The notes: generated by a model from the sequence alone, not told the origin. A stretch of DNA of 64,000 nt from Bacteroidota bacterium (GCA_023957335.1 JAMLHC010000002.1:66809-130808), one strand, 5' to 3'. Counted from the stretch's first letter, positions 37,837-49,025 are shown. A program made the numbers and translations.

Positions 37837-39480
37837 GTGAAAAAAGCCGGACAAGAAAATGTACATCATTTGTTTCAATGTTTGTATTGGTATGGAATAA
37901 GACACGTCTTTGTTTGTCCCGGTTCTCGCAATGCTCCGCTTATTAATGCAGCCGTTGCACAACAAGGTTTTGAACTACACTCTGTGGTAGATGAACGCGC
38001 AGCCGGATACATGGCTTTAGGGGCAGCAAAAATTTCACAAAAACCTGCTATTATTATTTGCACTTCCGGCACCGCCCTACTAAACCTGTTCCCGGCTGTA
38101 GCAGAAGCACATCAGTTGAATATTCCTCTCATTGTTTTCAGTGCAGACAGACCCACTCGACTTATCAATCGTTGGGAAAATCAAGCAATAGACCAAAGAA
38201 GGGTGTTCGGCAAATATACCAATGCCTATATAGAATGGAAAGGTATAATGGAATTGCAGCGCTCGCTCGGAAAGGTTGAACGCATTGCCAATAAAATCAA
38301 CTCACGCACTCAGTTTCCGGACAAAGGAGTAGTACATCTTAACTTCCACTTTTCAGAGCCGTTGTATTTTCCTGAACCGATAAAAAAGGTAAAACCGTTC
38401 AGCCTTACAACGGAGGTCAAAAGCCACAGCCAAGTGCAACTTCCTGCCAACAAATCTCTCTGTGGTAAAACATTGATGGTATTATGTGGCACCGGTGATT
38501 TCAATATAAATACAGAACAAGAAATTAAGAATCTGGCAGAAAAGAATGCACTGATTCTATGCGATTTAACCTCTGCATACCGCAAATACCAAAGCAATGA
38601 TTATTGGGAACTATTTTGCAATTCAATTTCAGAAGAGTTTTGGAAAAAAAACAAACCCGATACTCTGATTACCTGCGGAAGTTTTTTGTTGAACAAAAAT
38701 CTTAAAAGCCTAATTAGAAAATATCCGCCCAAACACCATATTCATTTGGCAGACAGGAATATTATACGCGACACATACTTTAGCAACCCTATTGTTTGTA
38801 GCAGTCTTGGCTCTCCATTTATGGATTCTATTCAAGACAACAAAGATTTCAAACATCTGTGGACTGAGCAAATGTCAGATCATACAATACGACTTCATTC
38901 CAAAATCGAGAACACTGTTGACATGAATGATTTATGGGCGATTGACTCGTTTTTGAAAATAATACCCAAAAATGCAATCCTGCATGTTGCCAACTCAATG
39001 TCAGTGCGCTATGTGGCAGTATGTGGAGCCGACAGCCAACTCTCCATATATGCAAATAGAGGAACCAGCGGAATAGACGGATGTGTGTCCACTGCTGTGG
39101 GTGCTGCACTTGCAGACAAAGAGCATGAACATTATCTCATTTGCGGTGATCTCGCTTTTTTTTATGACGCTAACGGGTTATGGTTAGATAAGGTGCCTGA
39201 TAATCTGAAAATACTTTTGTTCAATAATCAAGGAGGAAATATCTTTGATATGATTCCCGGACCGTCCGGCAGTCAAGCAAAATCTTTTTTTACTACCCCA
39301 CATTCACGTACTGCAAAAAATATTGCAGATGATTTTCAGCTACAATATGCGGTTGCACATTCAAAAAACACCTTCACTCAACATCTGTCTGATTTTATAA
39401 CAATAAACTCAAACTTTATTTTGGAAGTAATTACTCATCCTGAACAGAATCAAGCAATGTGGCACAATGTTAAACAATAA
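37837..39480 (+). CDS. menD: 2-succinyl-5-enolpyruvyl-6-hydroxy-3-cyclohexene-1-carboxylate synthase (menaquinone biosynthesis)
   Basis: TPP-enzyme N-terminus (VFVCPGSRNAPL...DERAAGYMALG...ICTSGTALLN...SADRP) and the C-terminal GDLAFFYD TPP-binding motif. Confidence 0.85.
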   Translation: MKKAGQENVHHLFQCLYWYGIRHVFVCPGSRNAPLINAAVAQQGFELHSVVDERAAGYMALGAAKISQKPAIIICTSGTALLNLFPAVAEAHQLNIPLIVFSADRPTRLINRWENQAIDQRRVFGKYTNAYIEWKGIMELQRSLGKVERIANKINSRTQFPDKGVVHLNFHFSEPLYFPEPIKKVKPFSLTTEVKSHSQVQLPANKSLCGKTLMVLCGTGDFNINTEQEIKNLAEKNALILCDLTSAYRKYQSNDYWELFCNSISEEFWKKNKPDTLITCGSFLLNKNLKSLIRKYPPKHHIHLADRNIIRDTYFSNPIVCSSLGSPFMDSIQDNKDFKHLWTEQMSDHTIRLHSKIENTVDMNDLWAIDSFLKIIPKNAILHVANSMSVRYVAVCGADSQLSIYANRGTSGIDGCVSTAVGAALADKEHEHYLICGDLAFFYDANGLWLDKVPDNLKILLFNNQGGNIFDMIPGPSGSQAKSFFTTPHSRTAKNIADDFQLQYAVAHSKNTFTQHLSDFITINSNFILEVITHPEQNQAMWHNVKQ

Positions 39481-39512
39481 AAAAGACTGTTCAAATGAAC
39501 AGTCTTTTTTGT
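39481..39512. terminator. bidirectional rho-independent terminator (menD / iscS convergent pair)
   Basis: AAAAGACTGTTCA-AAT-GAACAGTCTTTTTT: a perfect stem flanked by an A-run and a T-run. Confidence 0.7.
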
Positions 39513-39533
39513 TTTTGGTATTTACTTTTTCGT

Positions 39534-40748
39534 TTAGTGAGCACCCCAAGCCTGAGTTTTGAGGTCAATTCCTTCTTTAAACATTTCCCAAAGTGGGCTC
39601 ATATCTCTGAGTTTATTAACCGCAGTTTTGACATGCTCAATGGTATAATCAATTTCTTCTTCTGTGGTAAAGCGTCCCAATCCAAAACGCAAGGACGAAT
39701 GTGCCAATTCATCATCCAAGCCCAATGCTTTCAAAACATAAGAAGGCTCCAAAGAAGCTGAGGTACAAGCAGAACCTGATGAAACTGCAATATTTTTAAT
39801 ACCCATAATCAATCCTTCACCTTCCACATATTTAAATGACATGTTCAACACATGCGGCAGCTTGTGTTCCTTGTCTCCGTTTATGTATGATTCTTCTAAA
39901 ACTCCCAGTGCATTTTGCAATTTATCTCTGAGTTTGCTCAATCTTTTGCCCTCTTCCTCCATTTCGTTCATGCAGATTTCACATGCTTTACCAAATCCTA
40001 CAATACCGGGCACATTCAGCGTTCCGGAGCGCATTCCTCTTTCGTGTCCGCCTCCATCCATTTGCGCAATAACTTTCACACGCGGGTTTTTTCTGCGCAC
40101 ATACAAAGCTCCAACACCTTTTGGACCATAAAGTTTGTGTGCACTGAAAGACATTAAATCAATATTATCTTCCAACACATTTACCGGCACTTTTCCTACA
40201 GCTTGTGTTGCATCTGTATGGAATAAGATTCCTTTTTTCTTGGCTAATGCACCAATCTCACTAATAGGTTGAATCACTCCAATTTCATTGTTACCAAACA
40301 TCACACTGATAAGTATTGTTTGTGGTGTAATAGCCTGTTCAACTTGTTCAACAGTAATCATCCCTTGCGTGTTCGGTTCAAGATAAGTAACCTCTGCACC
40401 CAACTTCTGTACTGCTTTGCAAGTATCCAAAATTGCTTTGTGCTCAGTTGTTACGGTAATAATATGATTGCCTTTTTGACGATACATTTCAAAAACGCCT
40501 TTGATAGCAAGGTTATTCGATTCGGTTGCACCCGAAGTGAAAATGATTTCTTTGGCATCCGAGCCGATCAATTTTGCAACTTGCTCACGAGCATAATCAA
40601 CTGCTTCTTCTGCCACCCATCCAAAAGAGTGATTTCGGCTGGCAGCATTTCCGAATTTTTCTGTAAAATAAGGGAGCATTTCATCCAACACACGTGGGTC
40701 AACCTGTGTGGTGGCATTGTTATCAAGGTATATAGGTAATTTTAACAT
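39534..40748 (-). CDS. iscS: cysteine desulfurase (IscS/NifS type)
   Basis: [17 protein letters not shown]...SGATESNN...[12 protein letters not shown] (PLP Lys)...SSGSACTS (active-site Cys). Confidence 0.9.
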   Translation of the reverse strand: MLKLPIYLDNNATTQVDPRVLDEMLPYFTEKFGNAASRNHSFGWVAEEAVDYAREQVAKLIGSDAKEIIFTSGATESNNLAIKGVFEMYRQKGNHIITVTTEHKAILDTCKAVQKLGAEVTYLEPNTQGMITVEQVEQAITPQTILISVMFGNNEIGVIQPISEIGALAKKKGILFHTDATQAVGKVPVNVLEDNIDLMSFSAHKLYGPKGVGALYVRRKNPRVKVIAQMDGGGHERGMRSGTLNVPGIVGFGKACEICMNEMEEEGKRLSKLRDKLQNALGVLEESYINGDKEHKLPHVLNMSFKYVEGEGLIMGIKNIAVSSGSACTSASLEPSYVLKALGLDDELAHSSLRFGLGRFTTEEEIDYTIEHVKTAVNKLRDMSPLWEMFKEGIDLKTQAWGAH

Positions 40749-40841
40749 GATGGTATTTATTTAGATTCATTCTAAGCTGCAAAACTAAGTAATTATTTAA
40801 AGTAAAAACATTTTATTGCACCCTAAAATAGATTGTGCAGC

Positions 40842-41243
40842 ATGAAAAGGATAGAACACATAGGAATTGCGGTGAAAGACATAGAAGCTGCAATACCTGT
40901 ATATGAGAATTTGCTCAATACATCGTGCTATAAAATAGAAGATGTTGCCACACAAGGTGTCAAAACTGCATTTTTCAAAATTGGAGAAAACAAAATAGAA
41001 TTACTTGCTGCTACTCGCCCAGACAGCCCGATTGCCAAGTTTATAGAAAAGAATGGCGAAGGTATTCATCACTACGCATTCCTTGTGGATGATATCCAAG
41101 CTGAGATTGAGCGACTAAAATCAGAAGGGTTTGTGTTGATTAACGAACAGCCTGTACCGGGAGCAGACAATATGGAAATTGCATTTTTACATCCAAAGTC
41201 CACATTAGGGAACCTGATTGAACTGTGTCAGCCTAAGAAATAA
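40842..41243 (+). CDS. mce: methylmalonyl-CoA epimerase (VOC/glyoxalase family)
   Basis: MKRIEHIGIAVKDIEAA...GEGIHHYAF.VDDI, 134 aa. The start was moved to the second Met. Confidence 0.8.
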   Translation: MKRIEHIGIAVKDIEAAIPVYENLLNTSCYKIEDVATQGVKTAFFKIGENKIELLAATRPDSPIAKFIEKNGEGIHHYAFLVDDIQAEIERLKSEGFVLINEQPVPGADNMEIAFLHPKSTLGNLIELCQPKK

Positions 41244-41395
41244 AGTGGAATTTTTTCTTTTTGCTTTCAATATTTTTTTGAATAGTGAGTACCATTAAGG
41301 TAAATTAACTATCTGAAAATTTCCTACCTAAACTTGGGAAAGTACATCAGCAATGATTGGGGCATTACATGGAGAAAATGAAATAATCAAGGTGG

Positions 41396-42109
41396 TTACT
41401 GTGCACCTTTATTGTATTTATATCCAAACTTGTACGCAGTTGTAAGCGTGTAAACAGGGAAATTATCTGCAAAGGCAAAGCTGCCTCCAAATCCAAAAAT
41501 ATCTATAGGAAAATATCTGAAACAAACCGCCCACTGATAATTGAATGTTTCTTTTTTGAAATGCCCGTTAAACACAGCTCCACCGACATTATAATAATAT
41601 CCCAGTTCATAATCGTGCCAACTCGTTCCTACACCAACCTTGGTATATAGCTCAAAGCCATTCATTATTTCTTTGCCATATAATATCCCAATATTCATTG
41701 CCTGCGATTCTGCTTCAATATATGAAAGTCTATATACTCTACTCGGAAATGCCGGGTCATATAACGATGCAGGTTGCCAGTCAAATGGCACCCATGTATT
41801 ACCCGTATAAAATTGGGACAAACTAAAATCAATATAAGCACCAATAGGAAAATTATTAGAATTATACGAAAACCCAATATATGGAGAACTAATTGGATTG
41901 TAGAAATAAGATGATTGCATTTCTTTATTAATTGAATTTGTACCATAAGGGAGTATTCCGACTCCAAGTTCTAAAGTAAAATTACGCCAAGGAAAAGCAC
42001 GCACCGCTGTATCTTTATTGCTACTCTTAATTGGCAATATATTATTGTGCGCTTTTGAATGAACAGAAGCAAACAGTGTACACAACAAGATGATTAATTT
42101 GGCTTTCAT
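41396..42109 (-). CDS. hypothetical outer-membrane beta-barrel protein
   Basis: Signal peptide MKAKLIILLCTLFASVHSKA, aromatic-rich alternating strands and a YKFGYKYN C-terminus. Confidence 0.35.
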   Translation of the reverse strand: MKAKLIILLCTLFASVHSKAHNNILPIKSSNKDTAVRAFPWRNFTLELGVGILPYGTNSINKEMQSSYFYNPISSPYIGFSYNSNNFPIGAYIDFSLSQFYTGNTWVPFDWQPASLYDPAFPSRVYRLSYIEAESQAMNIGILYGKEIMNGFELYTKVGVGTSWHDYELGYYYNVGGAVFNGHFKKETFNYQWAVCFRYFPIDIFGFGGSFAFADNFPVYTLTTAYKFGYKYNKGAQ

Positions 42110-42347
42110 TAAGAGGTTTAAAAAAAGTTCAAATAGTTGTTTCGGGCTTTTGGGGGTAGTCAAATATACAACACATTTTCATCTCTGAATAATGCCTAAA
42201 CTCAAAATCTTTCAAATGGAGATAAAACGTGTGTTTATGAATGCTTTGAAACGTGTTAGTAACACTAGGAACAGTTCCTATAAGTTTTCAACTTCAAACA
42301 AAATCAATTTAAACTTATGTTTTAAAAATAGAAGAATGGTGATTGAA

Positions 42348-43130
42348 CTAATGCGCAGATTGTTCCATAATCTTCTTGTATGCCTTTTCACTGGCTAACT
42401 CTTCGGCTTTTTTCTTAGAATTATATACCTCTTTTGCAATTTGAACATTGTCAATAAGAACACATATTTCAAAGTAGGTGTCCCCTCCTTTTCTAAATTC
42501 ATTTACCACATCAAGGCGAACTTCCTTTTTTTCTTTTTGTGCATACTCATAGAGTTTGCCTTTATAGCTGATTTCGGATTCTTCTAATATTTTGAAATCC
42601 AAATGCGTATCCACAATGCGTTTCTTGATAAACTTAGAAGTTTTCTTATAGCCTTTGTCAAGGTAAACCGCACCGATGAGTGCTTCAAGAGCATTGCCAC
42701 CCACTACATGCATAGCTCCTTTTCTATTCAGCATACTTTTATCAAATTTGACAATTTCCAATAATCCTATTTTGCCGGCAATATTTCCTAATTGCTCACG
42801 ACTTACCATTTTGGAGCGCATTTCTGTAAGGAACCCCTCGTTTTTGAATGGAAATTGTTTGAAAAGTATTTCAGCCGTAATTAAGTCCAAGACAGCATCA
42901 CCCAAGAATTCCAATCTTTCGTTGTCTTCTCTGATGTCTCCGTGATGGATTTTAGTAGCGGTAGTTTTATGCGTTAGGGCAAGTTTATACAACCTTATAT
43001 TTTCAGGTTTGTATCCGGTTATTTTTTGTATGCGCTTACAAAACTTCTTTTCTCGTTGAAGTCCAATATAAGACAGAATACTCAATAGAAGAAAATCAAG
43101 GGTTGTACTTTTTAAAGATAACAGAGACAT
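42348..43130 (-). CDS. rnc: ribonuclease III
   Basis: ERLEFLGDAVLDL signature plus a C-terminal dsRBD. The likely start overlaps the 3' end of fabF, which is the usual acpP-fabF-rnc arrangement. Confidence 0.85.
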   Translation of the reverse strand: MSLLSLKSTTLDFLLLSILSYIGLQREKKFCKRIQKITGYKPENIRLYKLALTHKTTATKIHHGDIREDNERLEFLGDAVLDLITAEILFKQFPFKNEGFLTEMRSKMVSREQLGNIAGKIGLLEIVKFDKSMLNRKGAMHVVGGNALEALIGAVYLDKGYKKTSKFIKKRIVDTHLDFKILEESEISYKGKLYEYAQKEKKEVRLDVVNEFRKGGDTYFEICVLIDNVQIAKEVYNSKKKAEELASEKAYKKIMEQSAH

Positions 43131-44355
43131 TGTGTCCCCCAAAGCCAAAAGTATTGCTGAGAACAGCATTTACTTCTCTATGTTGGGCTTTGTTAAAAGT
43201 AAAGTTCAATTTAGGGTCAAAAGATTCGTCATCCGTAAAGTGGTTGATGGTTGGGGGAATAATACCTTTTGTTAAAGCAAAAATAGCGGCAAGTGCTTCA
43301 ACTGCTCCGGCAGCTCCCAACAAGTGTCCAACCATAGACTTTGTTGAACTGATATTTAATTTGCATGCATGATCGCCAAAAACTCGCTGAACTGCTTTAA
43401 CCTCGCTAATATCTCCCAAAGGAGTTGAAGTTCCGTGTACATTGATATAATCAATTTCTTCGGGTTTCATGTTTGCATCTTCCAAAGCATGTGTCATAAC
43501 CATTTGTGCTCCCAATCCTTCCGGATGCGGTGCAGTAATATGGTATGCATCTGCGGTAAGACCTCCACCTGCCATTTCGCAATAAATCTTTGCTCCGCGG
43601 GCAAGTGCATGGTCTAAATCTTCTAAGACAATAGCAGCAGAACCTTCGCCTAATACAAAACCATCGCGTTCTTTGTCAAAGGGTCTGGAAGCTGTTTTAG
43701 GATCATCATTTCTTTCAGAAAGCGCTTTCATTGAATTAAATCCACCGATTGCGGGTTCATTTACACAAGCCTCAGAACCACCGGCTAAGATAATATCTGC
43801 TTTGCCTAATCGGATGAGGTTAAAAGCATCTATAAGAGCATTGTTAGAAGAGGCACAAGCTGATACTGTGGTATAGTTAGGACCTCTAAAACCATATCTG
43901 ATACTGATATAACCGGAGGCGATATCGGCAATCATCATAGGAATAAAGAAAGGAGAAAAACGCGGTGTTCCATCTCCTTTCGCATAATCAATAACTTCTT
44001 TAAAAAAACTGGTTAAACCGCCAATTCCCGAGCCCCAAACAACTCCTGCTCTATCTTTATTGATAGCCTCAATATTGACGCCTGAGTCGTTAATGGCTTC
44101 TTGGGTTGATACCAAAGCATACTGTGTAAACAAGTCCATTCTGCGCGCATCTTTCTTGTCCAACAAGTTAGTTACGTCAAAATTCTTGATTTCACAAGCA
44201 AACTTAGTTTTGAAAAGAGAGGCATCAAAGCGTGTTATAGGTCCGGCCCCACTCACACCATTTTGCAGCGCATTCCAATAAGATTGAACATCATTGCCAA
44301 TAGGTGTCAATGCACCCAGACCTGTAACGACTACTCTTTTCAGTTTTTTCTCCAT
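43096..44355 (-). CDS. fabF: beta-ketoacyl-ACP synthase II
   Basis: RVVVTGLGALTPIGN..., the active-site Cys region (TVSACASS), the two His, and a GHNVSVIFKKY-type C-terminus. Confidence 0.9.
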   Translation of the reverse strand: MEKKLKRVVVTGLGALTPIGNDVQSYWNALQNGVSGAGPITRFDASLFKTKFACEIKNFDVTNLLDKKDARRMDLFTQYALVSTQEAINDSGVNIEAINKDRAGVVWGSGIGGLTSFFKEVIDYAKGDGTPRFSPFFIPMMIADIASGYISIRYGFRGPNYTTVSACASSNNALIDAFNLIRLGKADIILAGGSEACVNEPAIGGFNSMKALSERNDDPKTASRPFDKERDGFVLGEGSAAIVLEDLDHALARGAKIYCEMAGGGLTADAYHITAPHPEGLGAQMVMTHALEDANMKPEEIDYINVHGTSTPLGDISEVKAVQRVFGDHACKLNISSTKSMVGHLLGAAGAVEALAAIFALTKGIIPPTINHFTDDESFDPKLNFTFNKAQHREVNAVLSNTFGFGGHNVSVIFKKYNP

Positions 44356-44366
44356 TGAGGGGGAAA

Positions 44367-44603
44367 TTACTTGCTGTTTGCTTCGATATACCTTACGGCT
44401 TCTCCTACGGTCTGAATCTTTTCAGCCTGTTCATCGGGAATTGCAATATTGAATTCTTTTTCAAATTCCATAATCAATTCAACAGTATCTAATGAATCTG
44501 CTCCTAAATCCTGTGTGAAGCTTGCTTCCATAGAAACTTCGCTTTCTTCTACCCCGAGTTTGTCAACGATAATTGACTTCACTTTTGTTGAAATATCTGA
44601 CAT
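44367..44603 (-). CDS. acpP: acyl carrier protein
   Basis: [18 protein letters not shown]...[13 protein letters not shown] with the phosphopantetheine Ser in DSLD. Confidence 0.9.
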   Translation of the reverse strand: MSDISTKVKSIIVDKLGVEESEVSMEASFTQDLGADSLDTVELIMEFEKEFNIAIPDEQAEKIQTVGEAVRYIEANSK

Positions 44604-44673
44604 AATAATTAAGTTTTTTATCGGGTGCAAATAACTATATTTTTACCAAATAAGACAAATTCTTTTTTTGAGT

Positions 44674-45264
44674 TTATTTATTTTGAATCAATGCACTGAT
44701 ATACTTGCCCAAAATATCAAACTCAATATTGACTTTATCTCCGGTTTTCAAGGTGTTAAGGTTGGTATTTTCATAAGTATAAGGGATTATGGCAAGCGCC
44801 ATTTCACCTTTGTTACTTTGTGCTACAGTCAGGCTTATACCATTAATACATATAGAACCTTTGGAGACGGTATAAAAATGTGTTTGGTCAGCTACATATT
44901 GTATGGTAAACAACCAGCTTCCGTTTTTATTCACAATTTCTGTGCAAACTCCGGTGGTGTCCACATGCCCTTGTACAAAATGTCCGTCAATACGCTGATT
45001 TGCAAGTAATGAACGCTCAAGATTGACAAGACTTCCGGGCTTTAATGTGTCTAAATTGGTTTTGGATAAGGTTTCGGCAATGGCAGTCACTTTGTATTGC
45101 ATTCCATTGATGTCAACAACAGTCAGACACACTCCATTATGAGCCACACTTTGGTCAATTTTAAGCTCAGGAGTTAATTTGCTTTTGATAGTAAAAATCA
45201 AATTACTTTGTTCTTTCTCAATGGCAACTACTTCTCCAATATCTTCAATAATCCCGGTAAACAT
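44674..45264 (-). CDS. ribE: riboflavin synthase alpha subunit
   Basis: MFTGIIEDIGEV..., duplicated lumazine-binding halves and HNGVCLTVV. Confidence 0.85.
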   Translation of the reverse strand: MFTGIIEDIGEVVAIEKEQSNLIFTIKSKLTPELKIDQSVAHNGVCLTVVDINGMQYKVTAIAETLSKTNLDTLKPGSLVNLERSLLANQRIDGHFVQGHVDTTGVCTEIVNKNGSWLFTIQYVADQTHFYTVSKGSICINGISLTVAQSNKGEMALAIIPYTYENTNLNTLKTGDKVNIEFDILGKYISALIQNK

Positions 45265-45268
45265 ACGC

Positions 45269-45784
45269 TCATTTGATTTTGGACAACAACCTGCTAAAGT
45301 ATTTATATTTCTGAAATTCTGTTTTGGCAGCCTGGTGTAATGTATCTCTTTCTTCTTGTCCTTTCAGTTGCTTGCCAATCTCTACCAGTTTATCTACACA
45401 TTCCTGCATCATCTTAGTAATTTTTTCCTTTACCGCATTCAGGGTATTTGCATCATGGTCAAATTGAGCATCTGCAACTTCCTCATTCAGGTCAATCACT
45501 TCCATCAGAAAATCAGGTGGCAATTCGGCTTTGGACTCCTTGTCATATAAGCCATATAGAGACAAGTAATAAGCTACTCTTTTGTCAAATGTTTCAAGGG
45601 TTTTGAAAGCATCATTGTTATATGATGAAATCTGCAAAGCTTCTGTTTTTTTTTCAGGACTTAAGGCAAAAAAATCAGGGTGAAAATCGCGGTTGATTTG
45701 CAGGTATTTTTGTCGCAATAATTTTTCGTCAATATCAAATTCAGGCTCAAAACCGTAAAAACGAAAATAATTGCTTGTATCCAT
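45269..45784 (-). CDS. hscB: Fe-S cluster co-chaperone HscB (J-domain)
   Basis: Aligns along its length with E. coli HscB (NYFRFYGFEPEFDIDEKLL..YLQINRDFHPDFFA; AFKTL...RVAYYLSLYG; FLMEVIDLNEEV). The HPD motif is present. Confidence 0.7.
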   Translation of the reverse strand: MDTSNYFRFYGFEPEFDIDEKLLRQKYLQINRDFHPDFFALSPEKKTEALQISSYNNDAFKTLETFDKRVAYYLSLYGLYDKESKAELPPDFLMEVIDLNEEVADAQFDHDANTLNAVKEKITKMMQECVDKLVEIGKQLKGQEERDTLHQAAKTEFQKYKYFSRLLSKIK

Positions 45785-45792
45785 GTCAAATT

Positions 45793-47139
45793 CTACTTAA
45801 ACAATCTGAAAATATCATTTCCAATCACAAAGACCATCAAAGCCAGTAGAATTATCATCCCTATGACTTGTGCAGTGTGCATTATTTTTTCATTGACAGG
45901 TCTTCCTATAATCATTTCTATCAAAAGGAAGAATACATGTCCTCCGTCAAGGGCAGGGATAGGCAACAAGTTCATGAAAGCAAGTATCAATGACAAAATA
46001 GCCGTAAGATTCCAAAACCTTTGCCAATCCCAAACTTTGCCAAAATAAGTGGCGATTGCTACAGGTCCTTGCAAGGCATTTTGTGCTTTGATTTTTCCGG
46101 TAAAAATTTGACCAAGTCCTTTGGCATTTGCGATGATTAGTCCAAAAGAGCGAGTTGTTCCAAGTTCAAAAGATTTGAAAAACCCATAATATACTTTTTC
46201 GATTTTATCTGAATAAACATCCTTAACCAAAATGCCAAGTTTGAGTGTGGTATCAAGCTGAATGGGCAAAGACAAGATACTTTTATCTCTTTCCACCATT
46301 ACCACAATAGGTTTATCAGCATAGTCCTTCAGCGCAGATGCGAGTTCATCTTGGAATTGCACAGAAACCACATGGTCTTTGTCCAAAATAAATCCTGTGA
46401 TTTTATCTCCTTTGTGCAAACTTGCATTAGCAGCAGGCGATTCTGCAAGAACAGAATCCACTAACAAAGGATTTCTTGCATAAAATGGAGGCTCTTTTTT
46501 GTTGGAGGAAATAATATTGGTATAGTCTTTAGGCATTACCAAAGTTTGTGCTTGTCCTTCTCGCTGAACCTTCACCTCGATTTTATCTGCAAGAATGATA
46601 TCTGAAGCAAACAAATCTTCCAATTTTAAAATAGGATTGCCATTCACTTCTGTTATTTTATCTCCTGTTTGGAAACCAAACTGCTTTCCTATCTCTGTAA
46701 CTGCAATTCCACCGTTATCATTAATAGCTTTCATGGGTAAATATCCGTCTCCGTAGCTGAATATTCCCATAGAAAACAAAAAGATTCCCAAAATCAAATT
46801 GACAACTACCCCGGCAACCATTACAATCAATCTTTGCCAAGCGGGTTTGGCTCTGAATTCCCAATCTTGTGGTTCGCTTTTGAGTTGGGCTGTATCCAAA
46901 GACTCATCAATCATACCGGCAATTTTTACATAGCCTCCCAATGGTAGCCATCCTATACCATATTCTGTATCTCCTATTTTGAACTTAAAAAGTTTGATTC
47001 CCCATGCATCAAAAAAGAGATAAAACTTCTCTACCTTAATTCCGAATGCTCTTGCTGCCAAAAAGTGTCCTAACTCATGCAGTGTTACAAGAATTGCCAA
47101 GGCGGCAATCAACTGCCCAATCATTGTGATATTTCCCAC
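45793..47139 (-). CDS. rseP: RIP site-2 metalloprotease RseP
   Basis: HELGHF zinc motif in TM1, PDZ domains, and the C-terminal LDGGH motif (NLLPIPALDGGHV). Confidence 0.85.
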   Translation of the reverse strand: MGNITMIGQLIAALAILVTLHELGHFLAARAFGIKVEKFYLFFDAWGIKLFKFKIGDTEYGIGWLPLGGYVKIAGMIDESLDTAQLKSEPQDWEFRAKPAWQRLIVMVAGVVVNLILGIFLFSMGIFSYGDGYLPMKAINDNGGIAVTEIGKQFGFQTGDKITEVNGNPILKLEDLFASDIILADKIEVKVQREGQAQTLVMPKDYTNIISSNKKEPPFYARNPLLVDSVLAESPAANASLHKGDKITGFILDKDHVVSVQFQDELASALKDYADKPIVVMVERDKSILSLPIQLDTTLKLGILVKDVYSDKIEKVYYGFFKSFELGTTRSFGLIIANAKGLGQIFTGKIKAQNALQGPVAIATYFGKVWDWQRFWNLTAILSLILAFMNLLPIPALDGGHVFFLLIEMIIGRPVNEKIMHTAQVIGMIILLALMVFVIGNDIFRLFK

Positions 47140-47312
47140 GTATGCTATCTGTTAAAAATTTGCTTGGCAAAATTACTCAATATTGAAATGTATCCTATTT
47201 TATTTCAACAGAATAAAATCGAAGTTGGTATTAATTGAAAGTAACGAACAGTGAAGATTTAGTATGCAAGTTTTAATTGCCTTAGTCATAACAATATTCA
47301 AATCTATGTAGA

Positions 47313-49025
47313 TTAATCCTTCCTTAAGCTGAATAAAAATTCCAATCCGCCACCTTTCCTATTTTTTGCAATGATATTGCCCCCATGAATGGAGACTACA
47401 TTTTTCACAATGGAAAGACCAAGTCCGGAACCTCCGGTGTCCCTAGTTCTTCCTTCATCTACTCTATAAAATCGCTCAAAAATGCGTACTAAATGTTTTT
47501 CGTCCGGAATGCCAATACCTGTGTCATAGAATGAGAAATAATAGAATTCATTGTCTTCTTTATACATTGAAATAGAAATACTAATGCCATTCCCTGCATA
47601 GCGAATGGCGTTGTCTATTAAATTTTTAAATAAAGAATTAATCAAACTTTCGTTGGCATTAATTACCGTGCTTTCAGGAATCGAAAGCTGTAGTTTAATG
47701 TTGTCTTCGATAAGCGTTAAAGAATATTCATCCTGTATTTTTTCTAAAAGTGCTAACAGATTTAAAGTTACTTTTTTTAGCGTATTTCCTGCTTCATCCA
47801 TCTTATTGATGAGGTTCATGTCCTGTATCAAGTCTGATAATACTTTGGTTTGATGGTAAGCCTGAGACAGAAAATGCTGATTGGTTTTTTCGTCCAAAGG
47901 TTTTTCCAGAATAGTTTCTAAATACCCTCTGATTCCTGCAACGGGTGTTCGCAGTTCGTGGGCTATATTGCTGAGCATTTGCTGTTTTATTTTTTTCAAC
48001 TCTTCTTGTTTTGAAATATCGTTTATGATGACTTCAAAACTTCTATCTTCAAACTTTACAATGCGGATAGAAAATATTTTACCTTGCTTGCTTAGATTAT
48101 ACTCTTTGAAATGCTGCTGCGTATTTTCTAAGAAGTGTTGAAGCTCTTCGAATGTGTTATCCGAAAAAATAATGGAAGGTTCAGTAGTAGGTTCATCGGT
48201 TATGGTATGAATATTTTGAATAAACAAGCCATTATAAAACTCTGCATTTTTTTGGGGTGAATAAAAACAAATTCCTTCCTTGGAATTATGGATATGTTGC
48301 AACAGTTTTTCTTTATCCAATTCTATTTGTTCCTTAGACACTCTGAGTTGTGTGTAATTTGCGGCAATTTCTTTTCCAATTTCCCCAATTTCATTTTTGG
48401 GAAAATTCAACCGTGTATCTTTCTTAGGGGCAATCGCAAAGTCTCGTAATTCAACGATTGATTTAGAAAAACTGTTACTGATTTTATTGAGAATAAACAA
48501 AACAGTTAAAAACAGAAGGATAATAACATATAAAAAAACATTGTCGGGTTTGAAGAATTGCTGCACTTGTATATCATAGGGTAAAGCCACTCTTACAAAG
48601 AGATTTCTTTCATTTTTACAATAGTATAAATACTTTTTTTGTGTCGATTGAGAAATACGAATATCGGCACCTGTCTTGTTCTTTCGCGCTTCACTTACTT
48701 CAGGACGGGTTAGGTGATTTTCTAATCCGGAATAGTCGGATACAGAATTATCATACATCACTTTCCCATTGTGGTCAATAATTGAAAGGCGTAAGTTTGA
48801 TGGGAATAAAGATTCAATTGATTTAAGTGTGATTAGATAATCATCAACAGATTTATTGGCAATGCTGTTTTGTATCACATCTATATATGCATCTAGTCTG
48901 GCTTCAATGGCTTCTGTTTTGAATTTTTTCTCTTGCGATTGTTCAAACAAATACACGCTCAGAGTGAATAATGAAAAAGCAAGTGCAACATAAAGAAACA
49001 GTTGAAGTCTGAAATTTAATCTCAT
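47313..49025 (-). CDS. phoR: sensor histidine kinase, PhoR-like
   Basis: Two N-terminal TM helices, H-box (HELRTPVAGIRGY), N/G1/G2 boxes (GGSGLGLSIV). Overlaps the response regulator by 4 nt and sits beside phoU-pst. Confidence 0.75.
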   Translation of the reverse strand: MRLNFRLQLFLYVALAFSLFTLSVYLFEQSQEKKFKTEAIEARLDAYIDVIQNSIANKSVDDYLITLKSIESLFPSNLRLSIIDHNGKVMYDNSVSDYSGLENHLTRPEVSEARKNKTGADIRISQSTQKKYLYYCKNERNLFVRVALPYDIQVQQFFKPDNVFLYVIILLFLTVLFILNKISNSFSKSIVELRDFAIAPKKDTRLNFPKNEIGEIGKEIAANYTQLRVSKEQIELDKEKLLQHIHNSKEGICFYSPQKNAEFYNGLFIQNIHTITDEPTTEPSIIFSDNTFEELQHFLENTQQHFKEYNLSKQGKIFSIRIVKFEDRSFEVIINDISKQEELKKIKQQMLSNIAHELRTPVAGIRGYLETILEKPLDEKTNQHFLSQAYHQTKVLSDLIQDMNLINKMDEAGNTLKKVTLNLLALLEKIQDEYSLTLIEDNIKLQLSIPESTVINANESLINSLFKNLIDNAIRYAGNGISISISMYKEDNEFYYFSFYDTGIGIPDEKHLVRIFERFYRVDEGRTRDTGGSGLGLSIVKNVVSIHGGNIIAKNRKGGGLEFLFSLRKD

